Positions 53,185-62,750 of a stretch of 64,000 bases of DNA are shown in pieces. The notes below the pieces were generated by a model. It did not search any database, was not told the DNA's origin, and saw nothing but the letters and a program-made list of their open reading frames with translations. The stretch lies in assembly GCA_945900755.1 (NCBI GenBank), contig CAMDKS010000018.1, positions 1,201 to 65,200 on the forward strand, written 5' to 3'. Position 1 is the stretch's first letter. Every line of letters begins with the position of its first letter. The position numbers and the translations under genes are program-made. The DNA comes from Bdellovibrio sp. ZAP7 (GTDB lineage: Bacteria > Bdellovibrionota_B > Oligoflexia > Oligoflexales > RGVZ01).

Positions 53185-53520
53185 ATGAGCATTACATCAG
53201 CAAAAGGCGCGGCCATGGAAGTTCTCGCTCAAATGCGCGAAATCCAATCCGAAAGTCGCAAGCCGTCGGCCACCTCAATTTCGGATGGTGCAAAATCCGG
53301 AACTTCCTTTATGGACCACCTGAGCTCCAGCATTAATGAAGTAAATGAGATGCAGAAGAAATCTGATTCCATGTCTATGGATTTAGCCTCGGGCAAAAGT
53401 GAAAATCTCCACGAAACAATGATTGCTTCCACCCAAGCAGAACTCTCCTTCAATTTAATGGTTCAAATCAGGAACCGAGCCCTCGAAGCCTACCAAGAAG
53501 TCATGCGCATGCCCGTGTGA
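53185..53520 (+). CDS. fliE: Flagellar hook-basal body complex protein FliE
   Basis: 111 aa. The C-terminal ETMIASTQAELSFNLMVQIRNRALEAYQEVMRM is typical of FliE. Confidence 0.85.
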   Translation: MSITSAKGAAMEVLAQMREIQSESRKPSATSISDGAKSGTSFMDHLSSSINEVNEMQKKSDSMSMDLASGKSENLHETMIASTQAELSFNLMVQIRNRALEAYQEVMRMPV

Positions 53521-53568
53521 TTTTCTGTTCTAGTCCATGTCCCCGTTAATTAAGAATCGGAGTTCTCA

Positions 53569-55185
53569 GTGGAAAATGTCTTAGTCTTTATAAAGAAGTT
53601 TACCGGCCAAATGACAGGATTTTGGATGTCGCTTTCTGCCACGCGCAAGATAACGCTGGGTGGAGTCGTGGCCTTAATCGTAGGTGCGATGGCCAGTGTC
53701 TTTTTCATTTCGACAGAAAGCTCCTCAGAGTATATTTTTACTGACGTGTCTCCAGAGGATACCCAATCCATCCTTTCCGAATTCAAACGCATGAACATTA
53801 GCGACTACTCACTCGACCAAAAAGGAATAAAAGTTCCCAAGGCCATTGCCCCACAAATTAGGATGCAACTGGCTCAAGAGGGACTCCCAAGCCACGGCAT
53901 CGTAGGCTGGGAAAAATTCGACTCTCAAGATTTTACACGAACGGAATTTGAGCAAAATATCCACAAACTGAGAGCGATTCAGGGCGAGATTGCTCGGACA
54001 ATCATGTCTATCGAAGGGGTCTCCTCGGCCCGAGTCCACCTTGTTAACCCAAAACACAGCCTTTTTGTAGAAGAACAAAAAGAGCCCACGGCGGCTATTT
54101 GGATTAAGACAAAACGCGGAATGGTTTTAAATGACAGACAAATCAAGGGCATTCAAAATCTGGTCTTTCGCTCGGTTGAAGGACTCAAAGCTAATAATGT
54201 GACGATTATTGACCAAGAAGGAGTCATGCTCACCAAAATCGAGAGCGAAGATTTCTCTTCCAAAATGACAAAAGAAATGCAGACCTACAAAAGCTCTGTT
54301 GAAAAAGACCTCGAAAATAAAATCCGAACATTAGTTGGCCGTGTGGCGGGCCAAGATCGCGTTGAAGCTAAAGTTGACGTGTCAGTAGATTTTACGTTAG
54401 AGGAGCAAACGATCAGCGAAGTTGATCCTGAAAAAGTTGCGGTACTCTCTAAAAGCACAACCGGCGCTTCTATGGAAGGCAACGGCCTAAATCCGACAGG
54501 AATACCAGGCAGCAAATCTAATATTCCAGGCGAACAAGAGCAGCTCTCCCTCACGACCTCGAAAGCTCAAAACAAACAAGAAAGCGAACAAATCAATTAT
54601 GACGTCTCAAAAACTGTCGCCAAGAAAACCATGCCGATTGGTACGATTAAACGCATAAGTGCCGCCATCCTCGTCGACGGCAAACAAGATTTCCCCCTAG
54701 ATGGTTCAAAACCTGTATTTGACCCACGTTCGGCAGAGGAAATGAAACAAATTGACGAGATCATCAGGAAAGCCATTGGCTTCCAACAAGGTCGAGATGA
54801 AGTAACCGTTACTAACATGATGTTCCAAATGGATCCGACACAGTCTCAAGCGATCAACGAAGTGAAGAAAGACAACCGCGAATATATTTCGACGTTGGTG
54901 CTCTCAGCTGCCGTAGCGTTCGCCCTCGTACTCTTCTTCATGTTCATGGTTCGTCCATACTTCAGGTGGCTATCCTATGACCCAGAGCGACGTGCTGAAC
55001 AAACTCTGGCTGAAGAATATCGCCCTGAGCTTGATATGGGAGCCGGAAACAGCATTCAAATCAAAGAGGACGTTCCGTTCGAGAAGTTGGCCCCAAAAGA
55101 GCAAATTATGTACCTGGCTAAAAATGAACCTAAACGAACAACTGAGGCTTTGCGCATGTTGCTGAATCCTAATCAAGCGGGCTAG
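53569..55185 (+). CDS. fliF: Flagellar M-ring protein FliF
   Basis: An N-terminal TM, then SSARVHLVNPKHSLFVEEQKEPTAAIWIK (the YscJ/FliF motif), a C-terminal TM and a cytoplasmic tail. Confidence 0.9.
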   Translation: MENVLVFIKKFTGQMTGFWMSLSATRKITLGGVVALIVGAMASVFFISTESSSEYIFTDVSPEDTQSILSEFKRMNISDYSLDQKGIKVPKAIAPQIRMQLAQEGLPSHGIVGWEKFDSQDFTRTEFEQNIHKLRAIQGEIARTIMSIEGVSSARVHLVNPKHSLFVEEQKEPTAAIWIKTKRGMVLNDRQIKGIQNLVFRSVEGLKANNVTIIDQEGVMLTKIESEDFSSKMTKEMQTYKSSVEKDLENKIRTLVGRVAGQDRVEAKVDVSVDFTLEEQTISEVDPEKVAVLSKSTTGASMEGNGLNPTGIPGSKSNIPGEQEQLSLTTSKAQNKQESEQINYDVSKTVAKKTMPIGTIKRISAAILVDGKQDFPLDGSKPVFDPRSAEEMKQIDEIIRKAIGFQQGRDEVTVTNMMFQMDPTQSQAINEVKKDNREYISTLVLSAAVAFALVLFFMFMVRPYFRWLSYDPERRAEQTLAEEYRPELDMGAGNSIQIKEDVPFEKLAPKEQIMYLAKNEPKRTTEALRMLLNPNQAG

Positions 55186-55267
55186 CCATTGACCGACCTA
55201 AGGGTTACTCGAGAAAAAACAAAATGGCAGACCGTAGCCGTCAAAATGGAAATAGTGAGGATTACAA

Positions 55268-56560
55268 ATGGCGATTAATACAGACGGCCCCAAAAAGCAG
55301 GGTCGATTTCTAAAGAAAAATAGCAAATTGCTCGATTTCGTACAGATGGTGGATTTTAGCTTTGAAGAAATTTGTTCTCAGCCATTGGTTGGTTTTGACA
55401 ATAGCTCCAGCACAATTATTCATTCAAAATTCCATGACCCAAAAAAATTAGCCACCGTAGTCAAACCCCACGCAACTCTTGACAACGACATTTTTGATCC
55501 AAATCAACAGGCGCTCGGCATCATTTTTCCTGCCGATTTCACACAAGATTGGCACAACGAGCGCCTACAAGGCAAGAGGCGCGCCCTCGGTTTTGATGAA
55601 GAAGATGAAATTGATTTCGCGGCAGTGGCTCGAAATCGCGGGGCAGCCGTAGCTGCTGCGGCGGCGCCGGCTGCACCCTCAAAAAGTCCAGATCCAATTC
55701 CTGCTGTGCCCGTGGAGCTTGCTCCGACACCTGCGGCCGGAAATGTCCTCGCAGCTCAGCCTAGTGACATCTCAAGCGTGGGGGCACCCGAAACTGACGG
55801 TAAAGTTGTGGCCTTGAAGGAAGCGGATTTGGCCTCGGCCATTTCCAAAGAGTTTGCCACGACTCATGTGGACGCCAAAAATGTAAAGGCCAACAATTCT
55901 GCTCAAGATGCGTTAGCCAACGAAAATAATCTTTCTTTTACCCCACTGCCGACCACCAGCGGCTCAAATCCGATCGCAGCCGAAGACCTTGCCATCGAAT
56001 CGTGGAAAATGAAACAGGCCGCCGCCAAGCAAAACGAAGAGATGTTAAACGCTTTACGCGCAGAAGCCAGGTCCGAAGGTTTTCAGTCTGGGTTTCGTGA
56101 GGGAGAAGAAAAAGGACAAATGACTGGCCAGAAAAACGCCGCTCAAGTCTTCAGCAAAGTTGGGGATCTTTTGAACGAATTTGGAAATTTAAAGGGGCTC
56201 GTCCTTGAGAATGTCCAGAAAAATTTCTTCGAAGTTAGCCAAGCTATCGCCGAGTCTCTCCTCGCAAAAGAATTCAGCATTAATCCACAGGCCTACGCGA
56301 CGATGATTCAACGGGTGATCAAGGACACAACCTCACCCAATGAGTTTAAGGTCCGAATGCACCCTGAAACTTGGCAGAAAGTTCATGAACTTGCAGTGCC
56401 AGAGCTAGACAATCATCTCGTTAAGGATTCGACCATTCCAGTCGGAGAATTTCGAGTTGAAAGTGCGCTGACAGTCGTAGATGTGAGTGCCAAAAAACTC
56501 GTGACTCAACTTCTTGAATCGGCTGATATTAATCTTTTCACTGACAAGAAAACTGGCTAA
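55268..56560 (+). CDS. fliH: FliH-like flagellar export assembly protein with an N-terminal extension of about 240 aa
   Basis: The C-terminal 190 aa (RSEGFQSGFREGEEKG ... SINPQAYATMIQRVIKD ... VRMHPETWQKV) fit FliH. The N-terminal part is Ala/Pro-rich and unassignable. No FliG motifs are present. Confidence 0.65.
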   Translation: MAINTDGPKKQGRFLKKNSKLLDFVQMVDFSFEEICSQPLVGFDNSSSTIIHSKFHDPKKLATVVKPHATLDNDIFDPNQQALGIIFPADFTQDWHNERLQGKRRALGFDEEDEIDFAAVARNRGAAVAAAAAPAAPSKSPDPIPAVPVELAPTPAAGNVLAAQPSDISSVGAPETDGKVVALKEADLASAISKEFATTHVDAKNVKANNSAQDALANENNLSFTPLPTTSGSNPIAAEDLAIESWKMKQAAAKQNEEMLNALRAEARSEGFQSGFREGEEKGQMTGQKNAAQVFSKVGDLLNEFGNLKGLVLENVQKNFFEVSQAIAESLLAKEFSINPQAYATMIQRVIKDTTSPNEFKVRMHPETWQKVHELAVPELDNHLVKDSTIPVGEFRVESALTVVDVSAKKLVTQLLESADINLFTDKKTG

Positions 56561-56585
56561 ACCAAAATTCTTGCTCTGAGGCACT

Positions 56586-57956
56586 ATGTCAACAAACTCA
56601 ATCATTCGCACCTTTGACCGCAAGCAACTACGCGGCACCATGTCAAACATTGACTGGGATCCACAGGGACGCGTGTGCGACATTGTTGGGACGATCATCG
56701 AAGCCATTCTTCCAGGTGCTTCCATCGGCTCAATCGTGGCCATCACGGCACCTGTGGCTAGTGGACACATTCTGGCAGAAGTTGCAGGTTTCCGTAACGA
56801 GCGCGCCCTTTTAATACCATACTCCTCCGTTCAGGGAGTTGCCCCGGGCGCTTCTGTCAAGGGAATGAAGGTTCTCAATCAAATTCACGTTGGCGATCAC
56901 CTTCTAGGGCGGATTATTGATCCTATGATGCAGCCATTATTCGGTCCGCCGCTAGATGCTGGAGAGCGATGCGACATTGCCCCGCTTGAACGTGAATCCC
57001 CAAATCCGATGACTCGGCAACGCATTAATAAGCCGTTTGGCCTCGGCATCAGAGCAATCGACGGCTTGCTCACCTTTGGTGAAGGGCAGCGTCTTGGAAT
57101 TATGGCAGGCTCTGGAGTCGGAAAATCCGTGATGCTGGGCATGATGGCAAAACATTCGGACGCCGACATAAATGTTATTGGTCTCATTGGTGAGAGGGGA
57201 CGTGAGGTCCGAGAATTCATTGAACGGGATCTCGGTCCCGAAGGTCTGGCGCGAAGCATTGTCGTCGTTGTTACTGGCGACCAGTCTTCTCTCCTCAGAA
57301 TTCGTGCCGCAAAAGTGGTTACAGCGATTGCCGAACATTTCGCCTCGAAAAATAAAAAGGTCCTGCTGATGATGGACTCTCTCACACGAGTTGCGATGGC
57401 TCAGCGAGAAATTGGTTTAGCCGTGGGCGAACCCCCAACCACCAAAGGCTATCCGCCGTCCGTATTTTCTCTTCTTCCTAGGCTTTTGGAGCGTTGTGGC
57501 CCTCAGGCTGTCGGTTCAATCTCTGGACTTTATACCGTCTTAGTTGATGGCGACGATTTTAATGAGCCCATTGCTGATGCCGCTCGCGGTATTTTGGATG
57601 GACAAATCGTTTTGTCAAGGACCCTAGCGGCAAGACATCATTTCCCCGCCATCGAAGTCACGAATTCCATTAGTCGAGTTATGCATGACATTGTCGATCG
57701 TGAACACCAGGATACCGCTGCACACATTAAAATGCTCCTTGGAGTCTATCAAGAAAATTTTGATTACGTACAAATTGGCAGCTACCAAGCGGGCACTAAT
57801 CCGCCACTTGACGAAGCCATTCGACTCATGCCTGCCATTGAAAAATTCCTGAAGCAAGAGCGGTCTGAGCAGTCGACATACGCGGCATCACTTGCAAATC
57901 TTGCTGAACTAATTAATGGTCCGAACCGATTTGATCCCAATGAAACGCACGAATGA
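56586..57956 (+). CDS. fliI: Flagellum-specific ATPase FliI
   Basis: GSGVGKSVMLGMM is Walker A. VLLMMDSLTR is Walker B. The protein has F1-ATPase beta-like architecture. Confidence 0.92.
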   Translation: MSTNSIIRTFDRKQLRGTMSNIDWDPQGRVCDIVGTIIEAILPGASIGSIVAITAPVASGHILAEVAGFRNERALLIPYSSVQGVAPGASVKGMKVLNQIHVGDHLLGRIIDPMMQPLFGPPLDAGERCDIAPLERESPNPMTRQRINKPFGLGIRAIDGLLTFGEGQRLGIMAGSGVGKSVMLGMMAKHSDADINVIGLIGERGREVREFIERDLGPEGLARSIVVVVTGDQSSLLRIRAAKVVTAIAEHFASKNKKVLLMMDSLTRVAMAQREIGLAVGEPPTTKGYPPSVFSLLPRLLERCGPQAVGSISGLYTVLVDGDDFNEPIADAARGILDGQIVLSRTLAARHHFPAIEVTNSISRVMHDIVDREHQDTAAHIKMLLGVYQENFDYVQIGSYQAGTNPPLDEAIRLMPAIEKFLKQERSEQSTYAASLANLAELINGPNRFDPNETHE

Positions 57957-57985
57957 AATTGCACCACCAGCGAGGAATTAATTAG

Positions 57986-58435
57986 ATGCTTCAAATGGAA
58001 AAGAAATCACGGCGTCTCAATCCAGTCATCGAAGACCGCCAGGCGCAATTTGATCTCGAATCAGAAAAATTGACTGCCGTTAGGAAGAGGCGGATTGAAA
58101 TCGTCGCGGCAATGCGGGCTAAACAAAATGAGTATATGTCAGGCGTTACCCGCTTAAATGACGAACGCGGCACCGCGAATCGACTAATGTTAGAAGCTCT
58201 AGAAACTGGTCTCGACTCGGTCAAAAATCATTGGATGAAACTTTACCAAGGAGTCATTGAAATCGAAGCCCATGAAAAAGCCCAATTAGAACTTATGAGC
58301 AAGGCTCACCGCGAACTAGAGGCCATAAAAACACTTCAAGCAAAATACCAAGTTGAAATCACGAAAGAAGAAGCTCGCCGTGAGCAAAAAACCTTGGACG
58401 AGCACTCAATTGGAAAATTCGTTCGCCAGTCATAA
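57986..58435 (+). CDS. fliJ: FliJ-like flagellar export chaperone
   Basis: A 149-aa all-helical, coiled-coil protein directly after fliI. Assigned by position and composition only. Confidence 0.6.
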   Translation: MLQMEKKSRRLNPVIEDRQAQFDLESEKLTAVRKRRIEIVAAMRAKQNEYMSGVTRLNDERGTANRLMLEALETGLDSVKNHWMKLYQGVIEIEAHEKAQLELMSKAHRELEAIKTLQAKYQVEITKEEARREQKTLDEHSIGKFVRQS

Positions 58436-58451
58436 GCAAGGAGTACAGGCT

Positions 58452-59321
58452 ATGAAATCACAATCATTTTTGAAGTCCCTTCTGGCTGTGAAAGGTGTAT
58501 TAATTTGCTTAGCCCTCGGGCTACACCAAGGTTGGATACACCTGGGAGACCTCCCTCTTTTTGCAGAGGAAAAAGAGGCAAAACCTGATGCTAAGACTGA
58601 TGCTAAGACTGATGCTAAGACTGATGAGAAAAAAGGCGCCGACGCGGCTGCCGCCTCTGCCCCTGCCGCCGGAGACAAACCTGCTGTAGCGGACGCCGCA
58701 CCCCCGACCAAAGAAGAGACGGCCCGCCGTAGCTTTCTTTCTGACCTTTTTACACTACCCACACTTAGCGCTAAACAAGCCAAAAAAGATGAACTCGGAA
58801 AATACTTGGATCTTGCGGAGCGCAAACAACGACAAGTCGATGAACGCACCACTCAACTTTCTAAAAAAGAAGACCAACTAAAAATTCTCGAAAAGAGTAT
58901 CGACGATAAGCTTTTAAAAATTGATTCCGAGCGTCTTTTCATTGCAAAGACTTTACAACAAGAAAAAGATCTCAAGGGCGAAAGAGTCGATAAAGTGGCC
59001 GAACTTTTCGCAAAAATGGAGCCCAAAAAGGCCGCGGCTGCCTTCGACAAATTAGACAAAGACTTGGTCGTAGCACTTATTAAGAAGCTCAAACAAAAAC
59101 AAGTCACCACCATCCTAGAGAACATGAGTCCTGAAAAGAGTGTTGAGTTGACTGAATACTTTGCGCGAGTCAAGAGCGCAAAGGAATATGACATCTTGAA
59201 GGAATTGAACGAAAGTCTACGCAAGGAGTTTCAGGACTGTAAGGGAATGCCGACGGCCGATGCGTCCGATACTAAAGCAGCCCCGAAGGTCGAAACCCCT
59301 ACTACTCTCAAGGAGAAATAA
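58452..59321 (+). CDS. Flagellar-cluster protein with an MgtE-N/MotE-like C-terminal domain
   Basis: An AAGGAG RBS and the ATG at 58452. An N-terminal TM, a DAKT repeat, a coiled coil, then VAELFAKMEPKKAAAAFDKLDKDLVVALIKKLKQKQVTTILENMSPEKSVEL (MgtE_N-like). Confidence 0.6.
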   Translation: MKSQSFLKSLLAVKGVLICLALGLHQGWIHLGDLPLFAEEKEAKPDAKTDAKTDAKTDEKKGADAAAASAPAAGDKPAVADAAPPTKEETARRSFLSDLFTLPTLSAKQAKKDELGKYLDLAERKQRQVDERTTQLSKKEDQLKILEKSIDDKLLKIDSERLFIAKTLQQEKDLKGERVDKVAELFAKMEPKKAAAAFDKLDKDLVVALIKKLKQKQVTTILENMSPEKSVELTEYFARVKSAKEYDILKELNESLRKEFQDCKGMPTADASDTKAAPKVETPTTLKEK

Positions 59322-59324
59322 TTC

Positions 59325-59702
59325 ATGTGGACTTGGTGGCTAGCTGTCGGCTCAATACTGTCGGCAATTTCAATTGGAATTGGAGCCTTTGGGGCCCACG
59401 CACTTAAAGGCAGACTAACGCCTGACGACACGGCTATTTTTGAGACGGCTTCAAAATATCTGACCTCACAAAGCTTAGGAATAATTGTGGTCGCCTTATG
59501 CATGAGTCGCCTTGACAGCGTGGCTCTAAAAATTGCGGCCTATGCCATGACGTTTGGCATCTTAATCTTCTCTGGCTCATTGTACGCAATCATTGGGACC
59601 GGCCTACGTGGGCTTGGCGCCATTACGCCAATTGGCGGTGTGTTACTAATTGCCGCTTGGTTGTTAGTTGCCTTTGCGGCCATTAGCGCCCATTGGGCGT
59701 AG
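59325..59702 (+). CDS. DUF423-family small membrane protein
   Basis: ISIGIGAFGAHALKGRL and four TM helices, 125 aa. Confidence 0.7.
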   Translation: MWTWWLAVGSILSAISIGIGAFGAHALKGRLTPDDTAIFETASKYLTSQSLGIIVVALCMSRLDSVALKIAAYAMTFGILIFSGSLYAIIGTGLRGLGAITPIGGVLLIAAWLLVAFAAISAHWA

Positions 59703-60789
59703 CCGCACCTTGACTTAGAGTGGCTTGGTCGATGAAGATTCCGCCGAGAACTCCCTCTTTAACCGGAGACTCCCTAGGAAGCACGTAACCGCACCGGACG
59801 CCAGCCATCGCCTGCATCCAAGGCTCCTGAGACAATAATTTAAATTTCGCACGGCAATGGTCGCGAATGGTGGTCGCTGACCACTCCCCTGGAATTTGAA
59901 ACCGCAGCAGCAATGCCGCTCCTTGCCGAGAAAATAAACTTGCGGTGTACACCAGTTTATCGCCAGGAAATTTTGGCGCAAGCTCCTCAGCGAGAGGTTT
60001 TCCGCCCAATAGTTTATTACGTTCCGCGGCCACTTCTTTCGCAATGGGAAAAACGATAAATTTACCACCGTCTAACAATTTTTCTACCAAATCGAAATAG
60101 AGCCAAGCTGCGATGTCGTCGTGCTTTACGACCAACGCCTTTCCTTGGTCAAACCACATCGTGTAGTCCTTGCCAGTGTGTGTCCATTGCTGGACGTGCC
60201 AGGCGCCTATAAGCCATTTATCCTTCGTTGGAATCAATATGGCATAGACTCTCGTCACTTCTTCACGTCCGACGGCTTGAATCCAAACGCCTACTTGTAG
60301 AGGGTGCCCGTAGAGAGGATGGAGTAAAAAACCATCTTCTGGACAAGGGATGGCGGAGGTCTCACCACTTACATTATTCAGGGCGTACGCTCTCAAAAGT
60401 GACGCGTCCATTTTGGCGCCAGAAATCCTAGAGATGGATGACAATGCACCCTTTATTTGTGAGGTCGTGACTTTTATTTGGGGATGAAATAAGGGCTGAA
60501 GGGCTTTGTCATCCCCCAACTGAACGCCTTTAATAAGCGTTTGAAGGACTGCTGTTAAGCTAGGATCAACGTCGACAATGCCGGCTGGGTTTTTAGAAAT
60601 CAACTGACAGGCGTGGGGCGGTGTGCCTTCTGGAAATATTTTTTTTCTAATCTCTTCGCGAGGACTTTGGTCCTTGAGCGATGCAGGTACAATTTTCTCC
60701 GCCTCGGCGGTTAAAGAAAAACTCAAGGCAGCCACGGCACTCAAAACCCAATTTTGAGAGTATTTCAACAAATATTGGCGTGAGGACAT
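59683..60789 (-). CDS. Hypothetical secreted protein
   Basis: The ATG at 60789 overlaps the stop of the upstream gene by 1 nt (TAATG). The signal peptide is MSSRQYLLKYSQNWVLSAVAALSFSLTAEA. Confidence 0.6.
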   Translation of the reverse strand: MSSRQYLLKYSQNWVLSAVAALSFSLTAEAEKIVPASLKDQSPREEIRKKIFPEGTPPHACQLISKNPAGIVDVDPSLTAVLQTLIKGVQLGDDKALQPLFHPQIKVTTSQIKGALSSISRISGAKMDASLLRAYALNNVSGETSAIPCPEDGFLLHPLYGHPLQVGVWIQAVGREEVTRVYAILIPTKDKWLIGAWHVQQWTHTGKDYTMWFDQGKALVVKHDDIAAWLYFDLVEKLLDGGKFIVFPIAKEVAAERNKLLGGKPLAEELAPKFPGDKLVYTASLFSRQGAALLLRFQIPGEWSATTIRDHCRAKFKLLSQEPWMQAMAGVRCGYVLPRESPVKEGVLGGIFIDQATLSQGAATPNGR

Positions 60790-61166
60790 TAGTGCGTCCC
60801 CTTTGCGACACATGACCCACAACCTTTTTTGGCCAGCAAATCAACGGACTCCCACTGCCCAAATTCTTCATTGATCACCGACAATGCGTCGTCTAGAAAT
60901 TCGTATTCACAGGTAAACAACTCTTGCATCAACTGTGCTTCAATACAGTAAGCATTGTAGGTGTAGCGGTCCATCTCAAGATCATAGACCACGCTGACAC
61001 CCGCCTGCCGATCACGAAACTGCAGGATCGAATGGGCGAAGTTGTCTTCGGTGAGTTTCCATCCATTGCTTGGTGATGCGGCGTTTTCAAAGTCGTCCTC
61101 TGATTGATCCTCTGGAGAATCAAATGACGTAAAATTTGCAGCGGAATATAGATTTGAAGTACTCAT
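60789..61166 (-). CDS. Small acidic hypothetical protein (125 aa)
   Basis: An ORF coupled to the downstream gene. No recognisable motif. Confidence 0.5.
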   Translation of the reverse strand: MSTSNLYSAANFTSFDSPEDQSEDDFENAASPSNGWKLTEDNFAHSILQFRDRQAGVSVVYDLEMDRYTYNAYCIEAQLMQELFTCEYEFLDDALSVINEEFGQWESVDLLAKKGCGSCVAKGTH

Positions 61167-61227
61167 TTTATTTGACCACCGTTTTTATAATTCGTTCGTT
61201 TGCATTTTGTTCGAAAGTCACAGTTTG

Positions 61228-62112
61228 CTATTTAATCCTAAAAACCAGTTGCTCAGCAAACCTCACCAATTCATCACTCTTCAACCTCTGCGGTAATTTT
61301 TTTTGCGCTTCTGAAGTCATCGTTCGCGCCCTAGTTCGAATCTCATCTGCTGAAAAAAGAGACAAATAAGTCAGCTTCCCCTGTGCCTGATCTTTGCCGA
61401 CTGATTTTCCGGTCAAGCCAGCCTTGTCTATCACATCATCAATAGCCTGAAAGGCAAGCCCAATGCAAACTCCAAACTGCCTCATCGCCAAAATCTCCTC
61501 CCTACTGGCACCAGCACTGATGGCTCCCATGGCACAGGCCGCCCCCATCAAAGCTCCCGTTTTTCCTCGGTGAATTTGGTCTAGGGTGCCCGCATCACAG
61601 CTTCCCTTTCCCGTCCAAAACATGTCTAGATCTTGACCATAAACCATTCCTTGACCACCCGCCGCCACGGTCAACTCGCAAACCAGCTGAAGTCGATCAC
61701 CATCAGGAATCAACGAGGACTCGGGGTAGAAACTCTCGTCAGAGAGAATGCGCATGGCATCTGTTAGAATGGCATCACCGGCCAGCAAGGCTGTGGCTTC
61801 GTCAAAGGCTTTATGCAACGACGGCTTGCCACGACGCCAATCATCATTATCCATGCACGGCAAATCATCGTGCGCCAAACTATAAGCGTGAATCATTTCC
61901 ACGGCCGTGGCTGACGATAACGCTCGCCGTGGATCTTTTCCAAAAGCTTCACAGGTCAACATCGCCATCATGGCCCGTACTCGTTTACCGTCTCCTTCGA
62001 GACAGTAGCGGATGGCTTTGTGAAGTCTTGAATCGCGAATTGGCCACGCAGTGGAAATTAAACGCCGAAAGGTTAGATTAAATAAATCGAGATGTTGAAT
62101 CGGTTTAAGCAT
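61228..62112 (-). CDS. Polyprenyl (farnesyl/geranylgeranyl) diphosphate synthase
   Basis: LAHDDLPCMDNDDWRRG is the first DDxxD motif and FQAIDDVID is the second. Confidence 0.85.
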   Translation of the reverse strand: MLKPIQHLDLFNLTFRRLISTAWPIRDSRLHKAIRYCLEGDGKRVRAMMAMLTCEAFGKDPRRALSSATAVEMIHAYSLAHDDLPCMDNDDWRRGKPSLHKAFDEATALLAGDAILTDAMRILSDESFYPESSLIPDGDRLQLVCELTVAAGGQGMVYGQDLDMFWTGKGSCDAGTLDQIHRGKTGALMGAACAMGAISAGASREEILAMRQFGVCIGLAFQAIDDVIDKAGLTGKSVGKDQAQGKLTYLSLFSADEIRTRARTMTSEAQKKLPQRLKSDELVRFAEQLVFRIK

Positions 62113-62750
62113 TACGAAGTGGTCTCCGGACCATTAAAAATAACCATGCGATCCTTGGGTAACCTATTTTGCGCAAGCTCCCCGATGACCCACGGCAATA
62201 GGCTACACTCTGAGGCAAATACTTTTGCGGCTAAGCTTGCCACTGTCTCGCCAGCACTGACTGCCACTCGCGACTGAGCGATCACCTGACCCTCGTCATA
62301 CCGCGCATTCACGAAATGCACGCTCGCCCCTGATTCCTTCTCATGAGCTGCGAGTACTGCTTCGTGAACATAATGACCATGCATTCCCTTGCCGCCGTAC
62401 TTTGGCAAAAGGGCTGGATGAATATTAATAATTTGACCGGGCCAATCTGAATTGAGGGGCAACAGTTTTAGAAAGCCTGCCAACACCACCAAGTCAATCT
62501 TATGCTCCACCAGCCCGCGGTATAGGTTTTCACTGGCTCGTGCCTGATTTTTGGCCGAGAAATCTTCGACTAAAAGGGGCAACTGTGCGTTTTTTGCAAT
62601 AGCATTGGCGCCAATATTTGGTGACGAACTAAAGACTAAGGCTACGTCGTAAAATAGTTTTGATTGCTTCTCGATTAAATTTGCAAGGGAGCGTCCTCCT
62701 CCTGAAACACCAACGGCAATTTTCAATTTATTTTTAATATTTAGGCTCAT
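62112..62750 (-). CDS. purN: Phosphoribosylglycinamide formyltransferase PurN
   Basis: IAVGVSGGGRSLANL, IINIHPALLPKYGG and VHFVNARYDEG are PurN motifs. Confidence 0.85.
   Translation of the reverse strand: MSLNIKNKLKIAVGVSGGGRSLANLIEKQSKLFYDVALVFSSSPNIGANAIAKNAQLPLLVEDFSAKNQARASENLYRGLVEHKIDLVVLAGFLKLLPLNSDWPGQIINIHPALLPKYGGKGMHGHYVHEAVLAAHEKESGASVHFVNARYDEGQVIAQSRVAVSAGETVASLAAKVFASECSLLPWVIGELAQNRLPKDRMVIFNGPETTS

Noticed and set aside
58587-58622. GATGCTAAGACT x3 tandem repeat
   Set aside because: It is an in-frame low-complexity (DAKT)3 linker in the MotE-like protein. It is probably of no regulatory significance.
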